64,000 bases of DNA. Origin: Lepidodermella squamata. Taxonomy: Eukaryota; Animalia; Gastrotricha. The stretch spans positions 1,736,001 through 1,800,000 of the forward strand of contig JBLDXI010000011.1 of NCBI GenBank assembly GCA_047495785.1. Reading direction: 5' to 3'. The notes beneath the pieces are model-generated. The model was not told where the DNA came from and made no database searches. It worked only from the letters and a program-made list of their open reading frames with translations. Positions 60,825 through 64,000 of this stretch are shown here, in pieces. How positions within the stretch are numbered: the stretch's first letter is position 1; each line of letters starts with the position of its first letter. The translations under genes were made by a program, and so were the position numbers.

Positions 60825-61601
60825 TATTTTATGTATTGCAGTTATCAAAATTGTAAAGACCATAGGCAGAGCCATAGCTGGTAATCTTCCGACTGCATCA
60901 GTTCCGACCTTTTGCATACACGCCGTAACAGGTGGATTTATGGAAACACTGCTGGGAACCATTTCGTATATAGCATCGCCGCCCATTTTCGCGGCATCAC
61001 AGCAATCCGCAAATGATGAAAAGGGTATTTGGCGAGGCCGTATTATACTGAAAAATGTACTGTTAGGAGATCGAAGTGCCATTCGATGTGCAGAATGGGA
61101 CGTTGCTTTGCGAAATTAAGGAAGCGCCATGTGTCTGCGTGCTCATGCAAAGACTGTAAACAGTCTGAATTTCGTAAAAAAAATTAAATAACATTTTTCA
61201 GAAGTTACGCAACTTCCTGGACTTGTGCAAGACTATCCAGTGGGGCATTGAGTTGCTGTGTTCGAAATGCAATTGTTCGAAGAAGTGTCGCAAATATTGG
61301 CGGTCGGCGTGCATGACTGACCGGTTGGACACGAGGAATATCCAGTGTTAGGCACGCACATGCTTGTAGCTGCATCGCATACGTTGGCTGATGCCACACA
61401 GGAAGACCCAGAGCTACACGGATTGCTTGTCGATAAACAGGATTGGCCAGTAGGGCAAGACGACGAGCTACACGGCTTGCTGGTCGATGAACTGGTTGTT
61501 GATAAACATGACTGGCCACTAGGGCAAGAAACGTTCGTCGAAAGACAGGACTAGCCAGTGGGGCAAGTCGAACTTAGGGTTGAGGACGACGCAGGGCAAG
61601 C
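60825..61601 (-). pseudogene. A4: deleted A-subfamily pseudogene
   Basis: Start codon and signal peptide deleted. A CAG to TAG change in the first repeat (about 61550). Deletions near 61078 (exon 2/intron 2) and near 60890 (exon 3/exon 4). Retains FSSFADCC...YEMVP. Confidence 0.85.
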
Positions 61602-62702
61602 CTGATGGCACCAGGCCCATCAGTAACATACATGGGTCACGCTAATTGCCCGAGAACGCCCACCTACCTTGCCCAGGTGCCAAATACCTAAACAACGTAC
61701 GGCATGTACGGTTAGCTTCATTATTCCAAGCAACAAGAAAATTGGGCCCTCTACTTCACGATGATGGTGCTCAACGCCCACAATTTTCATTGCGCTTTTA
61801 ACTGCGTAATATATTTTTTTACATGAAAATAGCGAGTTTACTTTGATTGTTTATATCTCAAGAACAAAAGATTTAAGATGAGGCAAAAATAATTGACAAG
61901 GCTTTTTTGGACACATAGTAAAACTGGGTTAGCATTTTTTGTAAATCATGTGACTAAAATTAACGTGCACGCTTTTCAATGGGTCATTAAACACCCACAG
62001 TAGGCCATGCACCATGCACACGTCCAAGTACTTTCGAAATTGAAAGTGGAAATAAATCGACCCATTTATATTTAATATCCTGTAATTCTGCTATGAGATA
62101 TCAGTGGGAGCTGCGACTTATTTCTTTACCCGGCTTTAATCGGATAAAAAATCATGCTGCAATAAATTGTTGAGAACGTTTGCAAATTTTTCTCTTCGAA
62201 AACGTTCCGGCCACCCGACCCCCACCCCGTGTAAAGCAGCCCGAATTCTCGCGAACGAACAGATTGCAGCATGCACTAGAGTATGCTGTTTGCCCGCGGA
62301 AAAATGAGAATCGAGTGACGACACTCTCGCATAGTGCCACCAAATATTGTAACAAATCTATTCTCTACCTTATAGATTGTATCTATTCTGGCATAAGCTT
62401 CTCCGTGAAACAGATCGGTTACGAACCAAGCTACTCGCCCCGCAGACCATGATTTCAATGGCAGGAGGTGCTGTGCTTGAAGATGTGGAGAAGAGCGAGA
62501 AACCAGATGGTCAAAGGCTCATTGAGTTGCCATGGTTCTCGATGTGGCTATTATGCTTCGAGTGTGAGCTTCTTCATCGAGATCGCAAGGACAATTGCAC
62601 TCCAATTTCCCCCCAGCGAGCCGCAAAAAAGCGATGACAAACGAAGAGGAGCGGCTACGGAAAGCAAATTGGAGATTGTCGTTGAGGGCTAACGGCTTAC
62701 TT

Positions 62703-63548
62703 CAGTGGTTCTCAAACCCCGTTTTTCCGGCCGCATGCGGCCGGCGAGGCCCATTTTGGCGGCCGGCAGAGGTCCGCCTATCTCTTGCATTGCGTGCGGC
62801 CGGACGGGTCTTTCGAGGGAAATAGTCCAGGGTTTCACATAATTTGTGCACATTTCCAGCAAAATTCGTCGTATCCAAATGATAAATAGCCATAATTTTC
62901 TTAAAAGTTTCTCGCTTCGCTCGCTGATTCACTTTGAAATCTGTCAATATAAGGAGAAGCCCCAGACGCAATGACCAACTTTTTCACGAACAGCCTGCAA
63001 GGCAATTACGCAGCTCTAGATTCCCCTTCGAAGTGTCTACTGCACGAATCGCTTACGGCCTAGCCCAGCTCGCGGCTCGCGGCGAGAAACACTCAAATCC
63101 CCTTTTAACGCATTTTTAGCCCATTTTCAGAAGGAATTCTGGAAAAATATCGTCAGCTAAAGCTCGCTTCGCTCGCAAAGGTTAAGTAATTCACGGGCTA
63201 AGAGTTTGGAGTTTGGAGGCCAAATATTAATTGGCCAAAATGTTACATAGAAATATCTTTCAATTTTCGACTTTTTGAGAGTGATGGGTAGCGACTTCAT
63301 TTGAATGACCAATCAGGGGTCGCGTAAACATTCGGTGAAGAACCACTGCTCAAACCCTAATTTAATAAACAATCCGCTTAAAAGCGCACTCGAAAACTTC
63401 AATTCTCGATTATAGAGGCGTGCGGCCGGGAAGGTCCTATTTTACCATTACAAGCGGCCGGTTGAGGGGTCAAGAGGCATTGCGGCCGGAAAGGTCGCCA
63501 GCCGGCCGCCATTTTTGACCGGGAGCGAAAATAGTTTGAGAACCACTG
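62703..63548. mobile_element. hAT-type MITE
   Basis: TIR CAGTGGTTCTCAAAC and 8-bp TSD GCTTACTT at 62695-62702 and 63549-63556. Inserted in a LINE relic (VAVPKPSKP at about 63550-63580). Confidence 0.88.
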
Positions 63549-64000
63549 GCTTACTTGGCTTAGGAACGGCTACCTGCGGAAGGAGGATATAGCAGCCAGC
63601 GTTTGTTGACATCCGCTGCAATCGGCACGTAATATATCGAGCTGGAGAGGAGGTCGGGAAGAGACAGCCAAAGCCCATCACGGCTATAGCTCGAGGCAGA
63701 GCGAGGAGCTGAAGTGGTCGCTCTGAGGCGGAACCACGATAACTCCACCGCCGAGGAACTGCAAAGCGGCGCCATTTACCACCCAAATATCGAGAGTAGA
63801 GAGTTATGCCAGTTCCGGCGGTGAGACCGAGCCTGTTCGCCATGTGATGCACCCACGGCAACTCCACCGCTTAGTAACTGCAAAGCGGCGTCATCATGGT
63901 GAGACCGCGCGGAGTCGCCATGTGATGCAGTTGTTACCCATACAGATTCCAGTGGTCAGCGTCTCAAAACTTGCGCTAGCGCAAAAAGACTGCCGACAAA

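Overview
Animal (invertebrate-type) nuclear DNA with short GT-AG introns and many transposons; the species cannot be determined from the sequence. Two tandem gene families that I do not recognise dominate the window. (1) An intronless ~520-aa membrane protein with a Pro/Gln/Tyr-rich PPxY N-tail and two apparent 4-TM repeats: three copies plus a relic at 1-13 kb. (2) About 13 copies or relics of a four-exon, all-phase-0 family of secreted Cys-rich proteins: minus-strand subfamily A (A1-A4), plus-strand subfamily B (B1-B6) and relics. The ORF track shows these only as fragments. By manual splicing, each full gene encodes a signal peptide, a stalk with a variable number of CxxGxxC repeats, and an ~170-185-aa 10-Cys core made of two internal repeats, with invariant Cys and RFP motifs around highly variable loops. 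The pattern fits birth-and-death evolution of a possible recognition or effector family. Transposons include a P-superfamily-like foldback element with 403-bp TIRs inserted in A1, a Mutator-like element carrying an OTU protease domain, Jockey-like LINE copies, and nested hAT, Tc1/mariner and Ginger-like MITEs. All coordinates and translations were done by hand and no database search was run.
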